Under the pieces are notes generated by a model that was not told the DNA's origin, searched no databases, and was given only the letters and a program-made list of their open reading frames with translations. From NCBI GenBank assembly GCA_041946805.1, contig JBHGBC010000061.1, positions 1 to 30,212 of the forward strand: a DNA stretch of 30,212 nt. Reading direction: 5' to 3'. Below, one piece after another: positions 16,491 through 26,187 of this stretch (position 1 is the first letter of the stretch; each line of letters begins with the position of its first letter). This DNA is from a bacterium (GTDB lineage: Bacteria; Hinthialibacterota; Hinthialibacteria; Hinthialibacterales; Hinthialibacteraceae). Both the position numbers and the translations under genes were made by a program.

Positions 16491-17675
16491 ATGCGAAAAA
16501 ACTATGTGATTGACACCAGCGTGCTGCTGGATAATCCCAAGTGCATCGAGATTCTGCGCAACGGGAGTGAAAACGACATCTACCTGCCTTACACGGTCGT
16601 CCTCGAAATCGAGGGTTTGAAGAAAGACAAACGGCTGGCCCCCGTGGTCTCCCGCGTTGTGGATGAAATCGAGGAGAAGACCTATATTAAGCTGATCGGT
16701 TCGAACAACCACAACGGGGAGCCCGGGGACGCGCGAATTCTGGAAGACATCAAAGGGGCCGGCATTCCCGATCCGATCCTGGTCACCAACGACAAACTGT
16801 TCCGGGTGCTGTGCAAGTATCACAACATCCAAAGCGAGCCGTTCGAGCAATCCATTCCCTATGAATCCGAATCCCAACTGTACACCGGATTCATCGAGCC
16901 CGGCGGTCCGTTCATTCCCAACTCGTTCACCTGGGAGAACGGCAAGCCGCGGTTCAACCTGACGCCCTCCGAGAGCCGGGTGATCGATTACACGCATTGC
17001 GTCTGGAACATCAAGCCGCTGAACATCTATCAAAACCTGGCGTTTGAAATCCTGTTGAGCGATCACATCCACCTGGTCACCATTCAATCGAAGGCGGGAT
17101 ATGGGAAGACTTACATTTCGCTGGCCGTGGCCATGCAGGAAGTGATCCAGGAAAAAAAGTATGACAAGATCTACTTGATCAAGCCCACCATCGAGGTCGG
17201 GGAGAGCCTGGGTTATCTTCCGGGGGACATCGAGGACAAGGTCGATCCGTACATCCGGTATTTGCGCAGCCTGATCTTCAAACTGCACGGGCAGCGGAAA
17301 AGCAAGTGCAGCCGGATTTTCACCGAAGACTCCACTCCGCAAAAACTAAAATTGAATCCGGAGTTTTTTGAAATGGTCCCGGTCGCTTACATCCGCGGCA
17401 TGAACATCGAGAACGCCTTCGTGATCGTGGACGAAACCCAAAACCTCTCGCGCGTGGAAGCGCGCAGCCTGTTGACCCGGATGGGCCACGGCACGAAGTG
17501 CGTGTGCCTGGGCGATGTGGAGCAGATCGACAACCGCTATCTGAACAAATTCAACAACGGCTTGAACTGGATTGTGAAAACCTGCATGGGCGAGGTGGGG
17601 TATGGGCATATCGTGCTGAAAGGCGACCGCAGCCGCGGCCCCATCTGCGACATGGTGCTGCGCAACGGATTGTGA
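16491..17675 (+). CDS. phoH: PIN domain-PhoH family ATPase (PhoH2/YlaK type)
   Basis: PIN motifs YVIDTSVLL, D-ARIL and LVTND. PhoH motifs SKAGYGKT, LGYLPGDIEDK, YIRGMNI, IVDETQN, TRMG and GDVEQID. GGAGG SD. Confidence 0.93.
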   Translation: MRKNYVIDTSVLLDNPKCIEILRNGSENDIYLPYTVVLEIEGLKKDKRLAPVVSRVVDEIEEKTYIKLIGSNNHNGEPGDARILEDIKGAGIPDPILVTNDKLFRVLCKYHNIQSEPFEQSIPYESESQLYTGFIEPGGPFIPNSFTWENGKPRFNLTPSESRVIDYTHCVWNIKPLNIYQNLAFEILLSDHIHLVTIQSKAGYGKTYISLAVAMQEVIQEKKYDKIYLIKPTIEVGESLGYLPGDIEDKVDPYIRYLRSLIFKLHGQRKSKCSRIFTEDSTPQKLKLNPEFFEMVPVAYIRGMNIENAFVIVDETQNLSRVEARSLLTRMGHGTKCVCLGDVEQIDNRYLNKFNNGLNWIVKTCMGEVGYGHIVLKGDRSRGPICDMVLRNGL

Positions 17676-17782
17676 GCGGGGATGGGAAGCGGGGAACGTA
17701 TTCCCGGCCCGCGCGCTTGATCCGCGGGAGGGGATTCGCGCGCGGCCCTCAGGTCTGGGCCGGTTGCAGCCGCCCCCTGTAT

Positions 17783-18157
17783 TCACTCATGGCATTCCGC
17801 GGATTGGAGGGCTTTTTCCAACGCGGCCGCCGTGATCTGGTGGTGATGGAATACCGCCTGCACCGCCCCGTCCCGCAGGCACAGCACCTGGGGGCTTTCG
17901 TGCTTGACCCGCAGCCGTTCGGCGATTGCGTTGGACGCCGGGCGCTCCGTCTGGACCACCACCAGGTAAACCGTGGCCGGGCGCCGGCGCAGGAATGCGT
18001 CGACTTCTTGCTTGGCGCGCGCGGAGACCGGGCACGTGCGGTTGTGCTTGAGGATGAAAACGGTTTGTTCCCGGCTCCTGCGCAGGCACTCCTCCAGATC
18101 CTGAAAAGCGGCGTAGGCCTCCCACGCCGGTTGTGGGCTCCCGTCGAACAAATCCAT
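17783..18157 (-). CDS. ytxJ: YtxJ/BrxC family monothiol thioredoxin-fold protein (DUF2847)
   Basis: KHNRTCPVS, SNAIAERLRVKHESPQVL and HHQIT match the family pattern KHSxxCPIS...HESPQ. AAGGA SD. Confidence 0.9.
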   Translation of the reverse strand: MDLFDGSPQPAWEAYAAFQDLEECLRRSREQTVFILKHNRTCPVSARAKQEVDAFLRRRPATVYLVVVQTERPASNAIAERLRVKHESPQVLCLRDGAVQAVFHHHQITAAALEKALQSAECHE

Positions 18158-18363
18158 TGTGGTAATTCCTTTGTAGGGAGGTTGAGTATGACAGGAGATC
18201 CTATCGCGGCGGCCTCAAGGCGGAAGGGGAAAACTCGAAATCCGGTCCGGCGGCGTTCCCTCGCTTTCCCTTCGTGACCCATCTAGACTTTCAATCGTTG
18301 GAGATTGATAGGCTTGCCTCTTCCGGCAGAAACCGATTCTTATTCCCGAATGGAAACGGATCC

Positions 18364-21300
18364 ATGATGAACCACGCATCCCGGCCCACTCGCTTATCCA
18401 TCCCTCTCCTGGGTGGTCTGTTGTTTTTGGTGTTCTCTTGGTCCGCCGCGCGGGCGGAAACCGGCGAAGAGGCCTGGAACGCCTTTTTCCGCTCGGGCGA
18501 CGTAAACCAGGCGCTGGAATCGTTCACGAAGGCGGCGCAAGCCGGTCCGGATGACGTCCCGGCCCTTGCGGGTTTGGCCTATTTGTCGTCCTGCCGGACC
18601 GGAGAACCCGCCGCCCGGGAGCATTTTGTGAAAGCCCTCCAGGCCGGCCGCGATCAGCCGGAAGCCGCCCTCTTCCTGCTGGAAGCGATGCGGCTGGCAT
18701 CCACCCGGGAGGGGTTTGAATCCCTCCTGGCCGGCATCGATGCCGCCCTGGCCGCCGGCAACGTCTCCGAGCCGCTCCAGGCGTTGTTGACGCACAGCCG
18801 CGGCGCGCTGCTGAAAAGGCTGGGCCGGTGGGACGAAGCGCGCGCCGCGTTCGCCTCCCTCGGCCTGGTCAACCGCTTCTGGTATTGCGGGCCCTTCGAC
18901 AACGCCGAAAAAGGCGGCCACAACCGGATCTATGGGCCCGAGGAAAATCTGGATTTGAACGCCACCTACAGCGGGCGGCGGCAAACCGTGGGCTGGCGTC
19001 CGGTTCCCGCCGAGCCCTTCGATGGCTATATCGATTTGCACGGCTTCGTCACGCCCTCCCTGGAATCCACCACCTACCTGGTCACGGTCCTGGAGTCCAC
19101 CAAGGAACAACGCTGCCGCTTCTCGCTGGGACACGCCGGGGCGTTGAAAATCTGGCTGAACGGCGAACTGCTCGGCGACATCAACCGCTACCACGATATC
19201 ATGCCGGACCAGGTGAGCGTGGGCGGCGACCTGGTGGAAGGCCCCAACACCCTGCTCCTGAAAGTCTCCGCGGGCCAGACGGGCCGCTATGGCGTGCGGG
19301 TCCGGGCGGTGCCCGCGGAACCGGGCTCGCTCACGATTCCGGCTCCCCTGTCACTCTCCGAACGTCCCAACCTCACGGCGCACACTCCCAGACGCGAAGG
19401 GGAATCGCCGGTGAAGGTCAATTTCGAGCCGATCCTGTTGCGGCAGGTGAAGGCGAAGGGCGAAGCCGCCGGGTTCAGCCGCGCCTACCCGCATTTTTTC
19501 TATGCCAGCTTGATTCAACAGTGGCAAATCGCCGATGAAAACGACCAGGCCGCCAATACCCTGCTGGCCCAACTGGTCAAGATGTTCCCCCAAAATCCCC
19601 TGTTGCTGCGCGCGTTGGGCGATTCGGAAAAAGAGGCCAACCGCCGCCGTCTGGCCTATGACGCCGCCTTGCGGGCGGATCCCGGTGACCAGGCCTGTTT
19701 TTTGCGCCGGCTGCGGTATGATCTCGATTCCCCCTATGCCACGCGGGGATACGAACGCCTCCGGGCATGGGAACAGAAACACGAACTGCCCGCCCCCGCC
19801 CGCCTGATCCAGGCGCGCTTGTGGAACGCGGAGGGGCTGCGCGAAGCGGCCCTCGGCCCCCTCCGGGATTTGGCGGAGGAATTAGGCAATGAATCCCGCT
19901 GGGCGTTTTTGGACTGGAACTCCCCCCGGATGAGCGGGGCGGAACAAGAAGCCCTGCTCCGGGAAATCCTGTCCGAGGACGCCACCGAAGGCCGGGCGGT
20001 GCACGCGTTGCGCGGCCTCGCGCTGCGCCGGGGCGAGGAAGGCCAACTGCCCGCGCTGCTGGAACACGAACGCCTCATCGCGCCCTTCTCCATCACCGGC
20101 CTGGTTGAAATCGCGAATTACGAACAGGCCCGGGGGGATTTCGCGGCCTCGCTGCGATACCTCGAGCAAGCGCGGCGCATCGCCCCGGACGATTACGAAA
20201 TCCACCGCCTGTCCGCCATCGCGTATCACCACCAGGAAAAACGCGAACCGGCGCTGGCCGAGATCCAGGCGGCCCTCGCCACCCGCCCCTCGGATCCCTG
20301 GTGCCTGGATTACCTGGACTACCTCCAGCCGGAAGAGGAATCCTACGCCACACCCTATCTTGTGGACTGGAAAGACATTCAGGTCCCCCCCTCCCTGGAT
20401 CTCTCCAAGGCCAATCAACTGGTGCTGCTGCACCAGCGGATCGTAAAAGTGCATCAGAACGGCAATTCAAGCGAAACCGTGCGCGAGGCGGTCAAAATCC
20501 TGACCGAAACCGGCATCCGCTACAACCAGCAGCGCGGCATCTATTACACGGAAGGCTCCGAAGACGTGCGCGTCATCCGCGCCCGGGTCTGGAAGCCGGA
20601 CGGCTCCTTCTACGACGCCCCCGCGCCCGTGCGGCAAAGCGCCTCGTCCGCCTCCGACGCGGCCGCCCGGCTCTACGGCGATTACAACGCCGCCGTGCTG
20701 CAATTCCAGGCCTTGGAAAAAGGCGCGGTGCTGGAACTGGAATACAAGAAGGAAAGCCAGGGCGAAAATGTCTACGCCGACTATTTCGGCGACCAGTTTT
20801 TCATCGGCAGCGAATATTTCGAGCCCACGGTCCGCACCGATTACGTGTTGATCACTCCCCCGTCCCGCGAAATCCATTGGAAATACACCGGCCCCCATTA
20901 CCCGGCCTCCATCGCGGGCCAGGCGCCGGAACTGGTGTCGGAACCGAAGGTGACCACCGGCGAAAGCGGCGCGGTCCACCACTGGTCGTTTCAAAATCTT
21001 CCGGCCGTGCCCCGCGAACCCTACATGCCCGCCGGCTCGGAAATCCTGCCTTATATCAAGGTTTCCACTTTCAAGACCTGGTCGGAGATGACCGGGTGGT
21101 ATTGGAACCTCATGAAAGACCAGATTCAAGCCGGCCCGGTCACCAAGGACCGCGTGGCTCAACTCATCGCCCAATACCGGGAAAAACATCTCATGCACTC
21201 GGATGAAAAACTGAGTGATTGGGACCGCGTCCGGGCGGTCAATCAATTCGTGAACACGGGCGTGCGTTATCTGGGATTGGAATTCGGCATTCACGGCTAC

Positions 21301-22284
21301 AAGCCCCACAAGGTGGACGAAATCTGCAACGCCCAATACGGAGACTGCAAGGACAAGGCCGTGCTGGCCGCCGCCATGCTCCAGGAACTGGGGGTCGAAG
21401 CCCACATCGCCTTGCTGCGCACCACCGACCAGGGTGAAATCGATTACGAACTGCCTTCGTTGGGCATCTTCAACCACGCCATCTATTACCTCCCCAATCT
21501 CAACGGAAAAGAATACTGGATTGACGGAACCGCCACCTTCTTCGACGCCGCCGAACTGCCCCCCGGCGACATGGGCGCCAACTCGCTGATCATCAAGCCC
21601 GGCGGACAATATGAATTCAAACGGATCCCCTATTCCAAGCCCGAGGAAAGCGGCGCGATTTACACCTCCCGCGTCACGCTCGACGCCGAGGGCAACGGCC
21701 GGGGCTTCCGCGCGGCCGAGTTCCGCGGCATCTACAATCCCATCACCCGCCGGACGTACGAAAACACCGCCAAAACCAAGGAGATCATCGACCGGCAACT
21801 CATGGCCGCCTACCCCGGCTCGGAATCCTCGAACATTGAACTGTCCGACTTGCAGGATTATTCGAAAGCCGGGCGCCTGGCCTACGAGTTCCGCGTTCCC
21901 CAGTTCGCCGTGGTCCAGGGCGGCCGCTGGATCGTGCCCACCACGCTCTTCAAGGAACGGCTGTCCCAGCGCTATACCCAATTATCGTCCCGCGAATATG
22001 ACCTGGTGCTCAGTTTTCCCTACACCCGCACCAACATGTTCACCATCGAACTGCCGGACACCATGCCATTCCCCCAACTCCCCGAGGACCGCGCGGTGGA
22101 TAACGAATTCGGGAGTTTCATCCGGAAAAGCACGGTGAAGGACGGCATAATCTCCCTCAAGGAAGAACTGGTCTTCAAGCCGGTGCGCGTGGCCAAGGAC
22201 CGCTACCAGGATTTCCGCGAATTCTGCCGCCTGGTGGATTTGTACCAGGACGAGACGATCTCCATACCCCAGGGTAAATCATAA
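18364..22284 (+). CDS. Secreted TPR + 'GPF' module + DUF3857 + transglutaminase-like + DUF3858 protein, catalytic triad intact
   Basis: A signal peptide follows ATG 18364 (the ORF track starts at GTG 18274). TPR-like helices. DUF3857 motifs ARVWKPDG and LEKGAVLELEY. VRYLGLEFG..GYKP, GDCKDKA (Cys codon 21346), FNHAI (His 21475), WIDGT (Asp 21523). Confidence 0.88.
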   Translation: MMNHASRPTRLSIPLLGGLLFLVFSWSAARAETGEEAWNAFFRSGDVNQALESFTKAAQAGPDDVPALAGLAYLSSCRTGEPAAREHFVKALQAGRDQPEAALFLLEAMRLASTREGFESLLAGIDAALAAGNVSEPLQALLTHSRGALLKRLGRWDEARAAFASLGLVNRFWYCGPFDNAEKGGHNRIYGPEENLDLNATYSGRRQTVGWRPVPAEPFDGYIDLHGFVTPSLESTTYLVTVLESTKEQRCRFSLGHAGALKIWLNGELLGDINRYHDIMPDQVSVGGDLVEGPNTLLLKVSAGQTGRYGVRVRAVPAEPGSLTIPAPLSLSERPNLTAHTPRREGESPVKVNFEPILLRQVKAKGEAAGFSRAYPHFFYASLIQQWQIADENDQAANTLLAQLVKMFPQNPLLLRALGDSEKEANRRRLAYDAALRADPGDQACFLRRLRYDLDSPYATRGYERLRAWEQKHELPAPARLIQARLWNAEGLREAALGPLRDLAEELGNESRWAFLDWNSPRMSGAEQEALLREILSEDATEGRAVHALRGLALRRGEEGQLPALLEHERLIAPFSITGLVEIANYEQARGDFAASLRYLEQARRIAPDDYEIHRLSAIAYHHQEKREPALAEIQAALATRPSDPWCLDYLDYLQPEEESYATPYLVDWKDIQVPPSLDLSKANQLVLLHQRIVKVHQNGNSSETVREAVKILTETGIRYNQQRGIYYTEGSEDVRVIRARVWKPDGSFYDAPAPVRQSASSASDAAARLYGDYNAAVLQFQALEKGAVLELEYKKESQGENVYADYFGDQFFIGSEYFEPTVRTDYVLITPPSREIHWKYTGPHYPASIAGQAPELVSEPKVTTGESGAVHHWSFQNLPAVPREPYMPAGSEILPYIKVSTFKTWSEMTGWYWNLMKDQIQAGPVTKDRVAQLIAQYREKHLMHSDEKLSDWDRVRAVNQFVNTGVRYLGLEFGIHGYKPHKVDEICNAQYGDCKDKAVLAAAMLQELGVEAHIALLRTTDQGEIDYELPSLGIFNHAIYYLPNLNGKEYWIDGTATFFDAAELPPGDMGANSLIIKPGGQYEFKRIPYSKPEESGAIYTSRVTLDAEGNGRGFRAAEFRGIYNPITRRTYENTAKTKEIIDRQLMAAYPGSESSNIELSDLQDYSKAGRLAYEFRVPQFAVVQGGRWIVPTTLFKERLSQRYTQLSSREYDLVLSFPYTRTNMFTIELPDTMPFPQLPEDRAVDNEFGSFIRKSTVKDGIISLKEELVFKPVRVAKDRYQDFREFCRLVDLYQDETISIPQGKS

Positions 22285-22296
22285 GGATTCATCGAG

Positions 22297-25200
22297 ATGA
22301 GAATGAACCGCGTCGTTACCGGTATCGCGTTGGCATTGTGGATTTTGGGAATGATGGCCTGGGATTCGTGGACAGGCGTACCCCCGGCCGGCGCCACCAC
22401 GCCGCCGGAAGAAGCCTGGAATCAGTTATTCAACAATCACTACGCGGAGGCCAAGGCGGGCTTCGAGGCGGAAGTGGCCGCCAGCGGATCCGAACCGTCC
22501 CTGCGCGGGCTTTTGTTGACCGCCTGGGCGGACGAAGATTTCCCGGAGATGGCCCGGATCGTGGCGCGCCTGGTGGAAGCGTATCCCGAAAGCCCTTACC
22601 TGTCCGCGTACTTGTCGCTCTTCAGCCTTCCGGATCTGCAGGGATGGAAAACCCAAGACCGGCTGGATACGCTCGATCGCGCGCTGGCTAAAAATCCTGG
22701 TCCCCCCTTCCGCCAGGCGTTGCAATACGAGCGGATGGAAACCCTGGACATGCGGGCCGAGGAACAAGCCGCGGAGGCCGCCCGCCAGGCCGGTGTCCTC
22801 ACGGATCACTGGCAGGTGACCGGCCCCTTCGGCCGCTATGGCGCCCCCGACTTTTTCACCCCCTTCGGTCCGGAAACCGGCATCCAGGATGAATACCCCG
22901 GCTGGCAGCGGACCGTGCGCCTGACCCCGGTTGATCCCGTGGACCAGACTGGCCTGATCGAACTCGGAACCCTGATCAACTCCCGCGCCGGCGTGGGCTA
23001 CGCGCTCAACGCGGTCGAATCGGCGCGGGCGGGAGAGGCCTGGCTGACCGTTTCCAGTCCCGGCGTGTTCCGGGTTTGGTGGAATGGCCGGCCGGTGATG
23101 GAAAAAGCCCATTATTTTTTAGACTCGGCCCGGGAACGGTCCGTAAAGGTTCCGGTCCAGGCCGGGAAAAACCTGCTGGTGGTCAAGTCGCAATTTTCCA
23201 ATCCGGCGTGGTGGTTCCGCGCCACGCTGCAAAGCGCCGGCGGAGAGCCTTCCTGGAATTCCATTCCCTTCCAAGCGGCCGATTTTGCTACTACATTCCT
23301 GCTGCCCTTCGACGCGGCCCAACCCCGTGAGATCGAACGCGAGGAAAGCCGTTCACCGTATCCTCTGACCCTGCCGGAAGCGAACACGCCAATCGACCAG
23401 GCCGTGCAACATGTTCTGCTGGCCGCCTGGCGCCAGGACCGCAAGGAATCGGCGGCGGCGCAAGACCACGTGAGACAGGCGGCCGCCCTGGCTCCCGCGT
23501 TTTCGTTTCTATACGCCCTGGAAGGCAACATCGCCCTGGGCCGGGCGGGGGACCGGCCGCCATCCAAGTCCCGCTTTCACCGGGAAGCGGAAGCCGCGTT
23601 TCAAAAGGCCCTCGAACTCGATCCCCATTCCCGCGCCGCGCTGGTGGGCCTGCAGAGCTACTATCTGGACCGCGACCAGATCGACCAGGCCCTGGACCTC
23701 CTCAACGCACAGGTGGCGGCGTACCCCAACCTCCTGACCGAAGGCTATCCCAACCTGTTGCGGTACGCGTTCGGAATCCTCTATTCCCGCCAGAATTTCG
23801 CCACGGAGGCCGCCCGGGCGTATCAACAATCCATGAAGGATTTCATCCCCTCCTACGAGGTCTACCGCCACCTCTTCGATTACCACGCGCGCAACCATGA
23901 CCATCGGGGCGCGGCGGCCGTCATCCAGCAAGCCCTGGATGTCTTTCCGGCCTATATGCCTTTCCTCGAATGCGCCAAACAAGTCTGGGAAGCACTGCCC
24001 GGGGAGGTGGATCTTCCCGGCATTCTGGAGCGGGCCGCCCGGCTGCATCCCCACACCTTGCCCTATCATTTCCTGACCGCGGATTTGCTGGTCCAGCAAG
24101 GAAAATTGGAGGAAGCGCGCGCCTTGTACGCCACCCTGCGCGAACGGTATCCCAACAATCCCGGCCTCGTGGAAGAAAGCGCCCGGCTGGCCCTGTTGGC
24201 GTCCGACAAATCCGCCGCCCTGGCCGATTACGAACAGGCCCACCGGATGGATCCGCGGGCCATGCGCCCCTTCCAGGCCCTGCGCGATCTCGGCGGCCAG
24301 AATGATTTTCCCTACCAGAAGTACGACCAACGCCTGGAGGAGTTGGACCTGTCCCAGGTCAAGCAATGGGAGAACACCCGCGCCTCGGGCGTCTATCTGC
24401 TCGATCTCATGGTGCTGGACCTGCACGAGGACGGATCCTATGACCAATACATTCACCAGGCCATCCAGGTGTTCAACCAGGAAGGCCTGGAAAAATGGGC
24501 CGAGATGGTCATCCCCAACGGGGACAACATCGAAATCATCCTGGCCCGCACTCTGGCGCCCGACGGCCTGGAGTGGGATGTTTCCAACGTCCAAAATCTG
24601 GGTCAGCAGCAGTCGCTTTCTCTCTACGGACTGGCGCCCGGGGCCATCCTCGAATACGCCTACCTGGAACGCGCGGGCAGCGGCGATCCGGGCGCCAATT
24701 ACCACGCCGGAGGCTATTTCTTCGCGGCGGAAGACGATTCCATGCTGCTTTCGAAACTGACCGTCATCCGGCCGGCGAATATCCCCTTCCATCTGGATGC
24801 CAATCCCAAGGACTTCGCCCCCTCCATCACTCAGGAAGGCGATAAGACGATCTATGTGTGGGAAAAACGGCTGTCGGAGGGCATCAAACCCGAGAGCTTC
24901 TCCCCGCCGTTGGCCGAACGCGTGCCCTCCATCCAGTGGAGCACCTGCCCCGATTGGCTGACCTTCGCCGAACGGCAACGGGCTTCCTTGTGGGGATTCG
25001 AGGAACCCGCGGACGATATCGCCCGGCTGGCCGGTGAATGGAAACAAGGCAGCGCGTCCCGGCTGGACATCGTGAAAACGGCCTACGACTGGATCCAGAA
25101 GAACATCGAGGAAACCGAAGGGGGAACCACCACCGCCGACACGATGTCTCTCCGGGCCGGCCAACGCTACCAAAAACTGCGCCTCGCCCGTCAACTGCTC

Positions 25201-26118
25201 CGCCACGCCGGTGTCGAAACCCGCCTGGCCTACGCCATGGAAAACGACGAACACGACGGCTTCCGGCCCATGCCCAACCTCGCTTTCCCCGGCGCGCCGG
25301 TGTTGATCGTCCCCCGCCAGGAGGGGATCCCGGAACGGATCCTGCTTGACTTCGGCAGCCGGTTTTTGCCCTACAACCGCGTCCCTCCCACCCTGCGCCG
25401 GATGATGGCCTTCGTCCACGACGGCCCGGTCCCCTACTTCGAACCGCTCGATCCCTCCCTGTGGGACGAGGGACTGTTGGACCGCCAGGCCACCCTGCAA
25501 CTGCGGGATGACCGCTCCGCCGTGATTCAAGGGACCTACCGCTACGACAACATGCTCGACCAGATCGTCCGCGAGGCTCTCACCAATCCCGAGGTCAAGC
25601 AACGCCTGGTGGACGCCCAACTGACCACCGAATTCCAGGGCATCCGGGTGGAAAAATCCTCCCTGGAGGATCTCGACGATCTGAACCGCCCCCCGCGCCT
25701 GGAGTTTTCCGGCAGCCTGCCCGATATCGCCAAACCGGCGGGGGACCGGGAGCTCAAGATCGCTCCCATCCTGGTGCGCGCCAACGCGTCCGCCCTGGTC
25801 CGCGAACCCACCCGCGCCTTCCCGTTGGTCTTCGAAAGCAGCCCCGTCTGGAACACCCTTGAACTGCGCTTCGACATGGCCCGCTACCTCGAACAAGGGG
25901 CCTCCATCCCCTTGCCGGACAATGTTCTTCTGTTGACCCAATACGGGTACTATTCGCTCTTCTACGCGTGGGAAGGCAGCCAGGTGGTCGTCAAACGGAC
26001 GCTGTTGATCCCGAAGCAGAAGATCCAGCCGGGGGTCTACGAAGGATTCGTCCGCTTCTGCCGCGACATCGACCAGGCGGAGGACCGGGAGATCCGCGTC
26101 ACCTTCCCCCCGGCGTGA
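22297..26118 (+). CDS. Paralogous secreted TPR + 'GPF' module + DUF3857 + degenerate transglutaminase-like protein
   Basis: Starts 12 nt after the previous stop. Same architecture (ARTLAPDG, LAPGAILEYAY, C-terminal YEGFVRFCRDIDQAE). The triad region reads AGQRYQKL / FPGAPV / LLDFG, with no Cys or His. Confidence 0.83.
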   Translation: MRMNRVVTGIALALWILGMMAWDSWTGVPPAGATTPPEEAWNQLFNNHYAEAKAGFEAEVAASGSEPSLRGLLLTAWADEDFPEMARIVARLVEAYPESPYLSAYLSLFSLPDLQGWKTQDRLDTLDRALAKNPGPPFRQALQYERMETLDMRAEEQAAEAARQAGVLTDHWQVTGPFGRYGAPDFFTPFGPETGIQDEYPGWQRTVRLTPVDPVDQTGLIELGTLINSRAGVGYALNAVESARAGEAWLTVSSPGVFRVWWNGRPVMEKAHYFLDSARERSVKVPVQAGKNLLVVKSQFSNPAWWFRATLQSAGGEPSWNSIPFQAADFATTFLLPFDAAQPREIEREESRSPYPLTLPEANTPIDQAVQHVLLAAWRQDRKESAAAQDHVRQAAALAPAFSFLYALEGNIALGRAGDRPPSKSRFHREAEAAFQKALELDPHSRAALVGLQSYYLDRDQIDQALDLLNAQVAAYPNLLTEGYPNLLRYAFGILYSRQNFATEAARAYQQSMKDFIPSYEVYRHLFDYHARNHDHRGAAAVIQQALDVFPAYMPFLECAKQVWEALPGEVDLPGILERAARLHPHTLPYHFLTADLLVQQGKLEEARALYATLRERYPNNPGLVEESARLALLASDKSAALADYEQAHRMDPRAMRPFQALRDLGGQNDFPYQKYDQRLEELDLSQVKQWENTRASGVYLLDLMVLDLHEDGSYDQYIHQAIQVFNQEGLEKWAEMVIPNGDNIEIILARTLAPDGLEWDVSNVQNLGQQQSLSLYGLAPGAILEYAYLERAGSGDPGANYHAGGYFFAAEDDSMLLSKLTVIRPANIPFHLDANPKDFAPSITQEGDKTIYVWEKRLSEGIKPESFSPPLAERVPSIQWSTCPDWLTFAERQRASLWGFEEPADDIARLAGEWKQGSASRLDIVKTAYDWIQKNIEETEGGTTTADTMSLRAGQRYQKLRLARQLLRHAGVETRLAYAMENDEHDGFRPMPNLAFPGAPVLIVPRQEGIPERILLDFGSRFLPYNRVPPTLRRMMAFVHDGPVPYFEPLDPSLWDEGLLDRQATLQLRDDRSAVIQGTYRYDNMLDQIVREALTNPEVKQRLVDAQLTTEFQGIRVEKSSLEDLDDLNRPPRLEFSGSLPDIAKPAGDRELKIAPILVRANASALVREPTRAFPLVFESSPVWNTLELRFDMARYLEQGASIPLPDNVLLLTQYGYYSLFYAWEGSQVVVKRTLLIPKQKIQPGVYEGFVRFCRDIDQAEDREIRVTFPPA

Positions 26119-26187
26119 ACGGCGGGGCCCCCTCGCCAAGCGCCTCTGCGAGCTGGGGATGGATGGTTTCGTTCCTTCCCCACGCTT

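Noticed and set aside
16089..17342. 417-aa minus-strand ORF across phoH and its leader
   Set aside because: Antisense to a well-supported PhoH gene, with no recognisable domain.
17676..17782. GC-rich inverted repeats between convergent phoH and ytxJ as a terminator
   Set aside because: Stems are imperfect and there is no U-tract on either strand.
18274..18363. GTG start for the first DUF3857 gene
   Set aside because: The signal peptide begins at ATG 18364/18367, and the extension overlaps the likely promoter region.
11376..22293. GGATTCATC just upstream of both the GH116-like gene (11376-11384) and the second DUF3857 gene (22285-22293)
   Set aside because: It overlaps the SD position and is too short to distinguish from chance.
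20467..26139. Long minus-strand ORFs (504 and 876 aa) opposite the DUF3857 genes
   Set aside because: Same shadow-ORF effect; the plus-strand proteins carry clear family motifs.
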